From Dimorphilus gyrociliatus (Eukaryota > Animalia > Annelida), in assembly GCA_904063045.1 (NCBI GenBank), contig CAJFCJ010000003.1, positions 1,860,001 to 1,924,000 of the forward strand: DNA of 64,000 nucleotides. The letters are read 5' to 3'. Shown here one piece after another: positions 11,722 through 26,116 of the stretch. Within the stretch, counting starts at the first letter, position 1, and each line of letters opens with the position of its first letter. The notes under the pieces are model-generated. The model saw only the letters and a list, made by a program, of their open reading frames with translations. It was not told the DNA's origin and searched no databases. The position numbers were made by a program, and so were the translations under genes.

Positions 11722-13437
11722 TTTTGTCTGAGCATTAAATGTTCGAATGAATTGATATTTGTAATTTTGCACCGTAAATTGATTATCACTAGCATTAGCA
11801 CAAACATAACGCATCAATAAAAAACTGTTGACCATTTTCCTCTCTACAGGTATATTGTCTACGACCATTTGAAATAAAGGAAAATAAGGATATTTCATGG
11901 ACACCCTCATTTAAAAAAAGAAAACGCAAGAAAACAACAAAATTTAATCATGCATAATCTTGAAAAATTTTACTTTTTGCACTCCTGTGTGTCTGACTGT
12001 TACTTTTCCAATTCAAACTATCGTGTCCTTACAAATCTCCATTATTTGGAGAGCTGTTATAGTAAATCGATTTTATGTAGATGACCTTTTTACGTCTTCT
12101 ATATATATATAATTAGGTTTAATGTTAATATTAATCAAACCCATCTAACCCGTGTACTTTAAAGAAAAAAAATGATGAATTCTTTATACTCTAATTGGAA
12201 TAATGTCCCTAAGCCTAAATATACAAGTATCTACAATGTTTATAACAACAAAATTGAGCTCAGAAAATCAATCCGAAATTTATAGTCTCGGGTAAGAGCA
12301 ATGATTATTTTAGTTTGCAACTGGCTGAAACATAAATCAAATTTATTATTAAACTTTGAAACAAAAATTGAAAAATGTGGTATTTTGAAAAGTTTATTTC
12401 TTAAATTTTTAGCAATTACCAAAATTTCCAATCTCATGAATAATTTATACATAGTTATCACAAAAACGCTACTAAAATTCATGGTAAGTGGGTTTGAATA
12501 ACATGTTTGAAAAATTTCCGTTGTATTTATTGATACATAATTGAAATTCAGTATTACTGTATTATGTGTTGTATTGAATAAAGTAAAACATATGGAGAAT
12601 TGAGATATTCTATGTTTTGAGCTCGGAGAATATAGGCCACTACATAAATCTCATTAACTACAAGTCTTACTCCTAATTCAAAAGAATATTGTGCTTAATA
12701 TTAATACTATGCCATTATTATCTTTTTAAGAACTGAAAAACTTGAATAATAATAATTTATGAACATAATACATTACTTATAGGTTAGCATTATACTTCAG
12801 TTTCTATTATGATGAATAAAAGATGTAAAATAGAATTTACTATTAATTATTAGCTAAATAGCTCCGTCATACAAATATACCTTTGACTACAAAAACTCAG
12901 CAGAAGACAGTTGTGAAATTTAATCAAATGTAGAAAGAATGTTTTATATGTCATCTATACTTAATTTTATGAAGTCGACTCTATAAGAAAATTATGCTGA
13001 TTATTTTTAAATAAGAAAGCGATTAATGAATACTTGATAAAGTATTTTTTTTATTAAGAAAGTAACTGTTGGTGTTGTTTATGCTAACCCCGTTAAAAAA
13101 GCTTGGATGCTTTGGTTCTGAATGTGAACACACAATATTTGTTATTTTATTTATCTTTTAAAAGTATTACAAACTTTTAGTCAAGTCTCGTATATTGGTA
13201 AAGAAATTATATTAGAATATACTGTTCAAAGAAATACAGAAATAAAATAGCTCCGTATCTATTTTAAAATTTTAGAGCTAAGCGAATAAAATGAATGATT
13301 TTTTATAATACTGAGACAAAATCATGGGCGATTTAGAGCCAATATAGGTGAAGACTCTAACTTTAAATTTGACAGTAAGAATTTAACAGTAAAAATAAAA
13401 GATAAAATTGGTTAGCTACAATTAGAGAATGATATAG

Positions 13438-15919
13438 TTAGGTTCTGTAAGTCATAATTACATCAGTGATTTTTTCCCTACAAATGGGGCATAAACCACT
13501 ATTGTTTTTGATGTCTAGTCCGCATTTGAAACAAACGCAAAGATGTCCACATTTGTATATGACACAATTGACATCAGCTTCAAAGCATACAGAACATTCG
13601 TTGTTAGCATTATCATTAGCTTCTTCGCTATCAGCAACCACTCTATTGCTATTTATCGGCAATGGAGAATATTCCATGTCTAATGCCTGTGAAGAAGTGT
13701 TAGGTGATAAAGAATCTCTCTGAGAAGAGCTGTTACTTGGTCTTGGAGGAACAGGAGGAAGTGGTGGTTGTCTTCGAGGAGGACGTTGAGGAGGAGCCTG
13801 CCTCGACGGTCTTGGAGGAAGTGCTGGTGTAGAAGAAACAACTTGAGGAGGAGGAGGTAAATTCACAGTTTGGGGTTGAAGTGGCAAAGATTGCGAATTT
13901 TCTACTCTAAGAGATGCCGAGCTAGTTGTACTAGATACTGGAATTTGCACTCCCAAGCATTTTAACGCTATAGTACAACCATACATATCAAAGAAAACCC
14001 AAAAGTCTGCTGTGGCATCTACATGCAAGAGAGTCGTTTGATTACCCCCGTTTTTACAAAATTTTACTTCACCGGTAGATGATTTTAAAAATGATAATTC
14101 ATCTCCTGCCTCTGGTTTAGCTACAACGTCTTTATTAACAATCCAATATTCTAATCTGTTAAGCAATTCGTCAGCGTCTTCCGGTAATTCATTGGGATCT
14201 ATATCAGAGGGATTACAGGTTGTTAATCCAAATGTTAAACCTCCTGAAAATGCCGGATCAATTGCCAATACTTGAACTACTAAACGTTCACCAGCCTCCA
14301 GAGGTCGGCCGGTAAACACATAAGCATTACAATATTCGGCTTGGACCCTCAGAGCGGTTCGTCGATCTTCAGATATGTTCGCATGTTTGCCTTTCTGATG
14401 ATGCCATTCCATAGGTCTCAAAGATGCTAGAGAGTGATGTCGGATAGGCAAATCAAGTATTGGTCTCGTGTGTGTAATATTTTGGACATTATTCAGCAGT
14501 GTTCGTTCTCCTGAAAATAGAATACAGAAATTATTATATTAATGTTATATTATATATATTAAAAAGCACTAGTTAAAATGTTTACTTACTCAGCGGACTA
14601 CATGGATTATGCTCTAGATCTAATGAATGAAACGTCTTTACTTTTTTTTTTAATTTTATTAATGATTTTATTTTTTGGGAAGTTTTCGAGCTCATATCTC
14701 CTACTAAATGAAGCGTGCAAAAATCATCGGATAGCTTGGATAATGATTTTTCTTGAGATTTTAGACAGTGCATCTGATGTTTTTTACTTTTCCACATTTC
14801 ATAGCTTAGAACGATATTATCAAATTTTCGTAAGATTATGAAAAAGAGGATTCTGAAAAACTGCTTATAAACGACTCCAAAGTATTTTCAAGTTACAATA
14901 AATAAAATATCTCATCAATGTAAGCTATTTTACAATACTGCCATTTGCAATATCGATTAATTCTAAGGTTTACTGACTCAACATCACCTGACGGATTTCG
15001 TGCAAGCTTAAAAAATATAGATGGCACCAGATAACATAATTTTAAATGTAAACCAAAATAATTCATCTGACATGTCTTTACATTCGTAAAGATTCAACTA
15101 AAATTCTTTCAAAAAATAAAGTTCAGAGCTTGCTATACAAAAATTGGGTATTACTTTTTAGAAGTTACTGATTAACTTTGTCAACTAGCTGACTAAATTT
15201 TACATTTCTTAAGTATAATCGTATGAGTGCACATCATAACCTGATTGATATATCTTGACTGATTACGTTGTGACAACAAACTCTTTTGAGGTCTTGGAGA
15301 TATGGATCAAAGGGGTTATTTTATCAATGAAAAGCTGATACTTACTTACTAACTCCACAACCGTTGTATTACCATAAATATCGATAAGAGGCCAAAGCGG
15401 TTTTGACGTATCAACTCCTGAGAAGAACAGTCCTTGAGACACATTGTCAACAGAATAGTGAACATCTCCAGACTCATTCGCGAAATAAGAAAGTATAGCT
15501 CCCTGTATCGCCATTCTTTCAGGAAGAGCTTTGGCCCAGAATTGTCCCTGAATATTTGTTAGATCCGGACAAGCATATCTGGGAAGTGTAGTAGCGTTAA
15601 TGGTTTCTGGATTTTTACAAGTAAATCCAAAACGGAGAACTCCCGACCAGTTTGTAGCAACTAAAGCCAATCGAATAGTTACATGTTCTCCAATCCGAAC
15701 AGGACGATTACCAAAACATATGCCTTTGCAGAATGATTCTAGTCGGCGAGCAGTTCCACCGTCCACTTGAACATTGTCACTGTGACAAGTAGGATGAAAT
15801 TGCAGCGGTTGTGGAGTTTGATAATCCGATCCGATTCCTATAGAAAGAACTTTATAACCGCTTTTTCCGCATATGAAGTCAATCTTACCTTTCGTCGATT
15901 TTTCGTTTGTGTTACCCAT
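13438..15919 (-). CDS. neur: Neuralized E3 ubiquitin ligase (two NHR domains, Pro-rich linker, C-terminal RING); exons 15346-15919 and 13438-14510
   Basis: MGN myristoylation start, NHR motifs (FHPTCHSDN..FCKGICFGNRP; FTGRPL..GLTFGLT), RING CSVC..CGHLCVC..CPICR. Spliced length 1647 nt = 549 codons. Confidence 0.95.
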
Positions 15920-16232
15920 TATTTCAGGAGCTTGATCACATGATTGTTAGAAAGATTTTCAAATTCTATGTGAAAATATCTAGATAAAATTTGCGATTGA
16001 TTCAAGAGAATCTTTCAATTTGTGTAAAAATACTGCAATTTCGCCCTTTCATAATTGAGGTTCAGCATTCAATTTTTTAACCACTTGACAACAGCTATTT
16101 TTTTCCACAAAAACTACAAATAAAAATATTTCTTACCTGAATGCACCAAAGATTTATTTAAAACTGTTCATATATTTAATAATAGTAGATGACCGGTTAC
16201 CACCAGATCATTACTGACTTCCTTGTTCTTAT

Positions 16233-16243
16233 GCACATGCGCA
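16233..16243. promoter_or_regulatory. NRF1/Ewg-type motif variant (GCACATGCGCA) upstream of neuralized
   Basis: One mismatch to GCGCATGCGCA; about 310 bp 5' of the neur ATG. Confidence 0.5.
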
Positions 16244-16601
16244 GTGGACGCAGTGCAAAATGCGGTTCTATGTTGACAAATAAGATTTATTTAACATCAC
16301 TATGTACATATTTAGAGCTTGTTTGTTAAAATAATTCGTTAAGTTAATCTTAGTGAATCTAAAATTTATTGCTAAGAAAGCAAATAAAAAATGTTCACAT
16401 ATAATTGCACTAAAATAACTAAAGAATGACTAAAAAATTATTACGCGCTGAAGCAATCATTTTTGCAGGCACAATAATGATTCAGTATTTATCGAAAAGT
16501 ATATTTCTGTATTTAATTCTTCTACCTATCTAAATCTGAGATACTATTTGAATGTAACTAATTCTTATACTTCAGCAGTTCTTCAAGGTTAAATCTAACT
16601 T

Positions 16602-17038
16602 TCAGAAATCAGGAATCCATCCACAACTTGAACATAGCTTCTTAGATGAGCAATGGGTTCGACAACAGTTAGTTTTTCTCCTTATGACTTCCTCTGGAAG
16701 ATTAACATGAGTTCCATCGCAATATGGAGGCGATTTGGTATATTTACATGAACATATTGCGTGGATTGATTGATCCTTAGGAACTGTCCATTTTAACGGC
16801 TTGAATGGTGTTCCAATATGAGACCCATCACACCAAGGCTGCTTTTTACTCAATCCACAAGTACACCAAAGCTTTTGCTCGCCTTTTTTCAATCCACGAA
16901 CGGTTGATGGTCCATACTGAAAAATTAGGCTATTATGAATAAGTAAAATATTTATTAAATATAAAGCAATACGACAGTCGGAACTGAAGGATAAATGCTA
17001 TGTTCTATAGTTTCTGAATCCTCACTTTGGGCTTTCAT
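16602..17038 (-). CDS. CISD3: Tandem CDGSH iron-sulfur domain protein (CISD3/MiNT-like); exons 16973-17038 and 16602-16916
   Basis: Two CDGSH motifs, WCTCGLSKKQPWCDGSH and CSCKYTKSPPYCDGTH; 56-nt phase-0 intron. Confidence 0.85.
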
Positions 17039-17500
17039 TTTCGAACTACACTCCAAAATTCACCAGTTTTCTCAAACAATAGGCTTAGTCTAACATTTCG
17101 TTTGTTCAAGGTCTTTAATGAGTTTTTAAATAAATTTTAGTTGATGAGATTAGAAAATCGTGTGCGAATCAAGTGCAAATGTTTGAAACTTTTCATTTTG
17201 ATTGATGAATATTGTTTGATGGTCGATTTAACGGTTTCATGACTACATGAAAAATCTACTGCAAAAAATATACTAATATTTTTCCTAACCTAAGTTAAAG
17301 CTAAAATGTTTTTGATAATTTATCATATCAGATAATTAGAGATAAATTTCTCAAATCTTATTTAAATTTTACAGCCAAAATCAATCACAGTTAAAACCAA
17401 ACAAAAAATGTAAAAAATTTGTAGACAGATCTAGGACGGATCTTTTCCAGAGGGAATTACAATCAGTGCTTATAAAAATCACTTCATTGTTTTTTAATAA

Positions 17501-20500
17501 TCAAGTTGCGGCAATTTCTTTTTCTTTATCCTCTGTCAATCTTGATTTTCCAGCTATACCTCTTGGAGAGGAAGGAGTAGAAGGATTCGAAAATGACCTT
17601 GGCGATATTTTGTTGGGAAGTAGCGAAGTAATGTTAGCAGCCGAAGACAGGGATCTATTTAACTAAAAAATTATCTGCATAATAAATTGTTTTTTAATAG
17701 AGGACGAGACTACCTCTCTTTCTCTTTCTGCCTGGTACTCCTTTAAGATTCTATCCAGATTATGCTTTTGCCTTGACAAAGAGTTAATTCTTTCTTGAAG
17801 GGTAGAGTTTTCATCCTCTAAAAATTTGGCCCTAACCTGAAGAATTGACAGATTTCTTCCTTGATCTCGTATACTTTCCTCTTGCTCAGTAACCCTATTT
17901 TTTATTTATTTAGAGTATGAAGATATGAGGCAAAAAGAAATATTTACTTTAATAGCAATTCCCTTTTTTCATCGGCTGCTGCCTTTACATTGACTTGGTT
18001 TTCTGTCCATTTAGAAGATTCTGAAACATATTCACTCCGAGACAATTTAAGTTCTGAGTGTAACCGTTCTATTTCAGACTTAAGTTTTGCTTTCTCCTTG
18101 GTAAAAGTATCTCTAAGGAAAAAAATTTCAATATAATAAACTTGTAAGCAATGAATATTTTGAAGTAACTTTGCTTTGGCTAATTTAAGAAGGGTTTTTT
18201 CTTTTAATTGATCGTATTTTTTAGATAGTTCTTCATTTGAATTCACAAGAGATAGATTTTGGTTTTCCAAACTCTCCAATTGTTTTTCCAAGTTGATCAT
18301 TTTGTTGTGGAGCTCTTGCTTCTCCATTTCTTTTGATTGACGCTATTTATTTTATTAGCATTTTAAATCGACAATTTACTTGTAACAATATAGACATACC
18401 AAACTGGAAACTGAAACTGTTTGTGCTTTCATGTTTTCTAGTCGTTTTTCCAAATCAAGAAGCATTTTTTGTAGTTGGCAATTTTCTGCGGATGTTTGTG
18501 ATTCTTTTTGGCGAAGACAAGCAAGCTCTTTATTAATATTTTCATTCTCCGCAAATATGACTCCCCTATTGAAAAATTTGAATTTCTTGGAGTTAGTAAG
18601 AGTGATAAAATTTTTAGATATCAGAATTTGCAACCTTTTTGACTTCTCATCTGATAATTGCTGTTTAAGAGAAGATACCTCCTTATTCTTCACTTGTAAA
18701 TCCTCCTTAATGACACTTAGTTCCTTCAATTGTGTTTCTCGGTCTTGCAAACTCACAAGCGTTTTTGTTAAATCCCTTTGCAATTGCTCTGACTACGATT
18801 TGTAAATTTATTTCAAATTAAAATTTCAATGAAAAAATACTTTTTCTTGTAACTCTTTTAGTTCTTGTTGAGTATTTTTGAGAGCTAATGTGGTATCAGC
18901 AGAACGCTGTTCCATTAAATTTTCAGTCTGCTTTTTCGTTTGCGTGTTCTATTGATAATTTGAAAAGACTGTTGAGTAGGAGGTATTGATAATGCTTACC
19001 ATCATCAGTTCAGATTCTAAATGTTGATTAGCAGTTTCCAATTCATCAATATGATTTTCCAATTCTTCCTTTTTCTCAGAAGTCTGCAAAAAAAGTTTGA
19101 AATATTCTCTGATTGCAAAAAATTTACACACATTTTCCAATTTAACTTGAATAAAATCGCATTTTCTCTCCAACTCCAATCTCAAATCTCTTTCAGCTTT
19201 ATAGTTTTCTTGTGATTTTTCGATTTCAGCATAACACTTTTGTAGTTCGGTTTCAGCTTCAATTAAATGCTAAACGAGACAACATAAAACTATATTTGTC
19301 ATTTAAAATTGCTAAATACTTTTTGGGTTGTTTCCAGTTTATCACATAAATTATCGGACTTAACCGACAAGTGTTCAATTTGCTGTTCATATTCGTCTTT
19401 GCTTTCCTCCAAATCATCAATTAATTGTCTGACTTTTTTTTCACTTTCTCTCTGAATTTTATAACGTCATACAATATACAGTCGCTAATTAGATTTTATT
19501 AACTACTTTTTCTACTTGAAGTGTTTCGACAGATTGCTTTCTTTCCTCTTCAAGCTGTCCAAGTTTAGTTACCAAAACGTTAATTTCCGCGCTCATTTGC
19601 GTCTTTTCTTCTGTAAATTGGTGGTTTTCTTTTTGAATTTGTTCTCTTTCCTCTAAATTGATTACATATTAAAATAAATTTTTGATACAACTTGTTAACT
19701 GAACCTTTATTTTTCTCTTTTTCATATTGAAGACTCTTTTCAGCTTCTAAATGTTGAACCATAGTTTCAGATAATTGCTTTGCAAGTGCTTGATTATCTT
19801 CCTCTAGCTGACTGAGAGCTTTTGTTAAGTGTTCAACACGAGTCTGTTTCTCCTCTAAAGTAGCCACCAAATCAAATTTTTCTTTATCACTTTGCTCCAA
19901 TTTTGCAAAGGTCTCTTTAAAATTTTGTTTCGAGATTTGAAACTCTTTTTCAAGTGACTTAAATTCATCTTGTTGCTGATCCAATTTAGAGAGCACTAGC
20001 TGATATTTGAAAAGATATATTTTAAATGTACTTTCTATTAAGAAACAAATAGAACCTTTTTTTCTTCACAAAGCTTTGAAAGTTTAGTCTCTATTTTAAG
20101 TTTCGAGTCGATTTCATCTTCTTTTAGAACGGTTGCCTCATTAAGTTTTTCAACAAGCGTCTTAATTTGCTCCTCTTTATCTTGCACTTCCTTTAAATAG
20201 TAAATTTTCAACTTAATCTAGATTAGGATTCAATCAATGAGCGAACTTACCAAAATTTTGTCTTTTTCATGAGTTTCTAACAGAATTTCCTTGTCCTTTA
20301 AGGCATCTTCTAAGCCACTTGTTCTTTGAATTAAACTCTGAAGCTATTAAGATGAGATAGAATTAACAACTAATTACATTATGATTACGGCTCTCACTCT
20401 TTCTTCGAATGTAACTTCTTTTAAAAGTGCATCCTCTTTTAATTTGATAATTTTATCCTCCAAGTCTTTTATTTTCTCTTCTAAACCTTTTTTTACATTC

Positions 20501-22239
20501 CGCTCTGAGTCCGTTTCTTCCTTAGAAACGCGTAACTCCTCGTCCATTTCTTCTAATTCAGCACGTAATTCATTGACGTCTTTCTGCCAACGACTCTTTA
20601 TTTTCTCTCCTGTTGACTTCAAATTTTTCTGGAAGAAAATAGCTTTATTAAACAATTCACAGTGCGATTATATAATAACAGTCTGTATAGAGAGCATTTT
20701 CTCTCTTTCATACGTATCTTCCATCTGTTTTTCAGCAAATTCTACTCTCATTTCAAGCCGCCTCTTATCTTCTAAAACTTTCGCATAGTCAGCTTCTAGT
20801 TCCTCTACTTTGCAGCGAGCTTGAGAAACAGAATTTCGAAGACCATTATTAGTCTTTTCAAGATCTTCTATTTTTTCATCTGTCGTTTCCTTTAGCTCTT
20901 TTAGCTCTTTTTTTGTGAAGTTAAACTAAAGAGCATCCAAATAAGAGGTAGGTAAGTATAGTAATTAATTTGTCTTACTTTAGTCGATAATTTACTATTT
21001 TCTCGATCTAATTCCTTAATTTTCCCTTTCAATTCATCTAAGTCATCTGAGGAAAGAACAGCAGCTAAGGCAGCAGGAGTTTGCGGTCCCTGAAGAGAGC
21101 CTCTTCTGGGTTCATTAATCAAGTCTAAAAAATGTATTTGAAAATTTGTGTTCGAATTATTAAAAGAATTTAAAATACTTTTTTTTTGTAATTTTTCGTT
21201 TTGATCTCGTATATCTTTTAACTCCTCTTGATACCTGTTTATCTGATTTATAAATTGACAATACTTCTTGTTTAAAAGAGGAATATATAATACCTTTTGC
21301 GATTGATCATTAATAATGTTTTGCATCTTTTCATTTTCACTAATAATAGAATTTATCTAATTTCGGATAAAAAAAATAAAATTGATGTAAAAATTTAAAA
21401 ATTTAAAACCTCTTCCTCGTGAGCTTGCTTTATTTCTTCTTTATCTATTCTGATGGAAGCTCGCTGTTCATTAAGTTCTTTTTCAAATCGCTTTCTTTCA
21501 GCATCCAATATTGACTGTAGATGCTCAGTATGCATCTCAGATTTCGAATCCATCTGAAACTCAATTTTGTAAGGTAAACAACTACATAAATCGATGTAGT
21601 TACTCACAACAGAGTCAGCCCTACTAGATTCAATAACTTGCAAATCATCGAATAACTTAGCCCTTTCGACTAATAGGTAAGCAATTTGCTCATTCACAGG
21701 AGAATCAGCTATCTCGTTTAAGTTTTCAGTGATTAGCATTGTTCGAATATCATCAGATGATTCCTCTAACAAAAATATTAATTTAAAATTATTTTTTGTT
21801 AATTACTGTACAACTTAGCATTCTGTTTTCTTGTTTAAGCGCTTCATTTTCTTTTTCAAAGTCAGACGTAAGAGCTTCTCTTTCATCTGTAAGCTTTCTA
21901 ATATGTTCAACATAATTTTCAACTTCTTTCATTTCAATCTCATGTTTTTCTTCGATATCGCTCTTTTCATTCTGAAAATTTTAGTCCCATAACTTGCTTT
22001 TATAATAATCACTCCTCTTTAACAATGTTTATTGATTTGCAAATTTTGACAATACAGCGCGGCTTTAATTTACCGGACACGTGCATGTTCTGGCATGTAT
22101 GAAATGCTGAAAGTCACAATTAACAAACCTCTAATTTATTTATTATTTGCCATAACTTAGGAAGTAGTTGATCTATCTCATTTTCTTCTTCTATGCCTCT
22201 TTCTTTCAACTTTGTCCATATAACTTCAATTTTTTCCAT
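17501..22239 (-). CDS. Large multi-exon coiled-coil protein, CCDC30-like
   Basis: Many short-intron-separated exons with E/K/L/Q heptads. EQIAYLLVERAKL resembles CCDC30 as I remember it. Starts MEKIEVIWTKL and ends EKEIAAT-stop. Confidence 0.6.
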
Positions 22240-22802
22240 TCTTCTGGATCCGATTTTCAGTACAAATTGTCCCCAGCTTTCGCGTTTTATTATTATAATG
22301 TGAAACTTATAACATAATCTTATTTAGGAACCAAGTACCACAGTTTCTGAAAAAGGTAACAAAACTTCAATTACGAGAGAATTCTACAAACAAGGGTTAA
22401 CTAAAAGCAGTGTTCAGATTTTCAGAAAAAATATAGACTGGTTTCTGGTCGATTCTTAGTCTAAATATTTACATATTCCTAAATTTTATCAAGATTCCGT
22501 AAGATTACTATTCTGATCTTACGTACATCTTAGTGTACAATTATCAAATATCAATCTAATAACAATTGGTCCCTAGTGTTGTAAAATATTGTCGATACTT
22601 CATGAAAGAATAAGGATATTTCTTTCGAATCGCCAGTACTATTATTATTTTTATTAATATAATGTAGCAAAAACAAATCCATATTATCTGCATAAATTCT
22701 TTCAGAACAGTCTCCACATGATTTCACGCATACCATAATTTAGTGATAACCGAAATTTAAGCATACAGTTCTTCAAATCTGTCGTCTCTATATTTACAGA
22801 AA

Positions 22803-23305
22803 ATGGACCAGCCTCTAAAATCCAAGCCAGTATTAGGTTTCTTTAGTGAATGCGATGATTTAAATAGTCAGAGTTCGTCTGATGATGAAAATCAATCGAC
22901 AACTTCTGTGAAACAAATTGACATAGAGAAAAAGAAGGGTAACGATAATAGGCTTCCCCCACCGACTGAGCTCTTCTCTAATGTTAAAGCACCTTCATTC
23001 TTAAGAGAATCAGCTAAGAAATCTGTAGACTGGGATAATTTAAGCAGGTGTATAATAAAACAAAAAGAGGGTATTGAAATAACATCAAAAGCTTCTCTTA
23101 ACAACATGCCGCCACCAAAAAGTTATTCCTCGGAGACTGGAAAATTAAAACCTACTTTAGGAGACAATTCTACTCAGCAAAAAAGAAGACCTGAAACAAT
23201 TATCGATGGTAAGAGTATTTCCATTAATAGGTATAAACACTCATTAAATTTTCTTCTGTAGATGATTTAGAAGTGAAAAGAAAACGCAAGAGAGATTCTG
23301 ACTGA
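22803..23305 (+). CDS. C1orf52: UPF0690/C1orf52-like protein; intron 23209-23261
   Basis: Acidic/Ser N-terminus, then RLPPPTELFSNVKAPSFL...VDWD and NMPPPKSY, matching remembered human RLPGPDELFRSVTRPAFL...IDWE and NYVPPPETY. Confidence 0.75.
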
Positions 23306-24347
23306 AGGCTGAAATGATGTGATTACATAGTGAATACTATTGAATTTAGCTCCACTCAGTTTATCAGCAAGTCACAGGAAAAAGTCTGGTCTCTAGACAA
23401 AAAACAGATGTCAATTTAAACAAAGTTATACCGTATCCACTCAATAAACTACATCTGCACAAGTATTTGAATATTAACCATAATATGTTTATTATGAATT
23501 TGCTGAAGGACTATTCTGCAAAATTTTCAATATTACTACGTATAGACAGCCACATACTATACATTGATTGCCAAGATAAGTGCATTATCCAACTGTAATA
23601 GGATTTCCGAGTAAAATATATTATCTAATTAGTTATTAAGGATACTTAAAAACTCAAAAACTTTGTCGACGTTTATATAATATTTAATACACATAAATAA
23701 AAATATCAGTGTTGAATAAAGGGACATTGAGACAACAATGTGAGAAGTTTAGGCTTCTTCTACAGCTCTCCAATATGTATTGGAAATACATTTTGTGGAG
23801 AAAGTTTAATTTTCATACACGGACTTTTGATTCATTACTACAGAATTTTTCGACAAAATTTTTTAGAGCAAATTAAATATAAATTCTTTGATGAAGGCTT
23901 GTAACAATTCATACATTTTTTTATATAATAATTTTTCCAAATCTTGCTTTAGTCATGTAGTAGTAACACATTTATTAGTTTGTTTTATATTCTACTAATA
24001 ATTGAGTTTAGTTTATTGTATTGTTTTATTGGCCAGCAATAATCAGGTATTGCGCTGCACAGTATTACATTTTAAGTAATATAATATAAAGCTTGATGCA
24101 TCAAAAAGTAACTAACCAGATAATATTCCTAACTCGTTGTTAACCATACTGGGTGATATAAAAACTCATAACTTCAAATGCTTCTGCACTCTTTATTTTA
24201 AATTAACAATCAATGTCAACATGAAGGAATGACAATTGTAGCTTGTATATTTTGCTGAAATTGAAACACAGGTTGAAAATTTTTCATTCAGACAATGATA
24301 GGAGATACATATCATCTCTGCTATCAAGTCTTGTTTACTACTTTGCT

Positions 24348-26116
24348 TTATAAATGTTGGACTGAGGTATTTTTTTCAACTCTTTCTTCACCATAAGATG
24401 AGTTGAGCTGATCTAAAAAATCTAGCTCAGGGAAGAGATTAGTAGGTGCAACCGACAAAGACTGCTGTTCATTATCAAAGCCAACAGACTGGTTATCAGC
24501 ATTACTCTTTGAAGTAGAACACTAACAAAAATTACCATAAGATAAATTTAGAAATAAGGGAAACTTACAGTGATTGTCTCCGGAAATGAAACAGATAGAG
24601 GATCCGTTGTAAAAACCTGATAAAACATTATCATTAGCCATCAATTATTAAAATGTCAAAACTAACATTCTTAAGTTGTTCAGCATCTAATATAAACGGT
24701 GATTTAGCTAGCACCTCTTTCAATGTGTCAAGATCACATTGCATTTTTTCAATATCTTGAGTTAACTCCAAGGCATCCATTTTGCTTCTAAGAAATAGAA
24801 AGAAAGTTTTACATATAGCCATTAGAACTAAAATGCTAACTGTTCTTCATCAAAATTTGATCGTTCTTCATTGCTGGTGGTTCTTTCGTAATCTCTAGTC
24901 TCCTGACGAAGTATTAAATAAATGCAAATTAGTTTTTATTTAATATATTTATAATTTGATATAACTCACTCTTAGGTATTCGTTTTGTGAATTGAGACTC
25001 GAAGTAGGCTGCCATTTTTCCTTAATTTCTACGGTTACATCTCCTTCATTCTCTACAGTCTGAAAACAGATATGAGATATATCAATGCAAGTATCCTAGT
25101 CTACATACTCTCAAAAGATTTTTGTTCAGTTTGTTGTCAAAACGAGAGAACTTATTTAGAGGCTCAAAAGCAGTTATCATAGGTAACTTCCTTTTATTTG
25201 AGGGTACTTGTCGGTTTCTAACCGCAGAAAAGAGGAAATTAATGATCTAAAAGAAGTGGTACATTAGATATTATTCAGTTTAAAAAATAATTTTACGTAA
25301 CCTTGTTGAGGATATTCTGTTGTCTCATATTTTTTTGTCTTAGCATAGATATTTCTCTCCAAAGTGCTTCATTTTCTCTTTAAATGATATATATAAACAA
25401 CTTTATCCAAAGTTACAAAAAAAACTATACCTTTTGGCCAAATCAAATCTGCTGACTAGAGTTTGACACTGTGAAGCTAAATTTTTCACATTTTCGCAAA
25501 TTTTGCCATAATCATCGTTGTTAACTACTTTAGAAGATTCCTCAGACTTCACCTGGACTGACTTTAAAGCAAAAACTATTGCACTTCAAAATTATATTTA
25601 TTTGCATACCTTTCTCTTAATCATGTCTAATAATCTCTCTTCCCCCTTCACAAAATATTGATGTTGAAACTCAAGATCACCATTTTCAAATTTGATGCCC
25701 GAGTTTAAGTGCGCTACCTTCTTAAATCCATCTGAATGTTAAACGATTAGATATAACGAACACAAAACATATTGTGCATATAAAGAATGCTTTTATTCTT
25801 TACTGGTACAAAAACTTACACATATTTAACTGACGGATAAAACTTGAAATGTTTGAATGCTTAAAATATAGCGGCAAAATTTCTTTCGAAAATCGACCCT
25901 GGTCATATACATGAAAGCTCTTTCCTGTCTAAATATTTAGAATAAAAAGGTTGCATGCAAAACTAAATTAGCGATTATTAAGAATGCAGTGAAAAAGGAA
26001 AAACTAACTAAATCCCAGCATATAACATCATCAGTAGATGGATCATCAACAAGAGCCCACAATTTTGTCAAAAATGCAGGTACAGTAGAGGCCTGGCTAT
26101 CAAGTAATGAGAGCAT
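24348..26116 (-). CDS. HSF: Heat shock transcription factor (DNA-binding domain, HR-A/B, HR-C), multi-exon
   Basis: [48 protein letters not shown], and HR-C-like [16 protein letters not shown]. Confidence 0.93.

Noticed and set aside
12456-12462. K-box (TGTGATA on the minus strand) downstream of neuralized
   Set aside because: A single AT-rich 7-mer about 1 kb from the stop is expected by chance, and the UTR extent is unknown.
17137-17196. Short upstream ORF MKSFKHLHLIRTRFSNLIN resembling a mitochondrial presequence for CISD3
   Set aside because: It ends in a stop, and I found no GT-AG splice joining it in frame to the CISD3 CDS.
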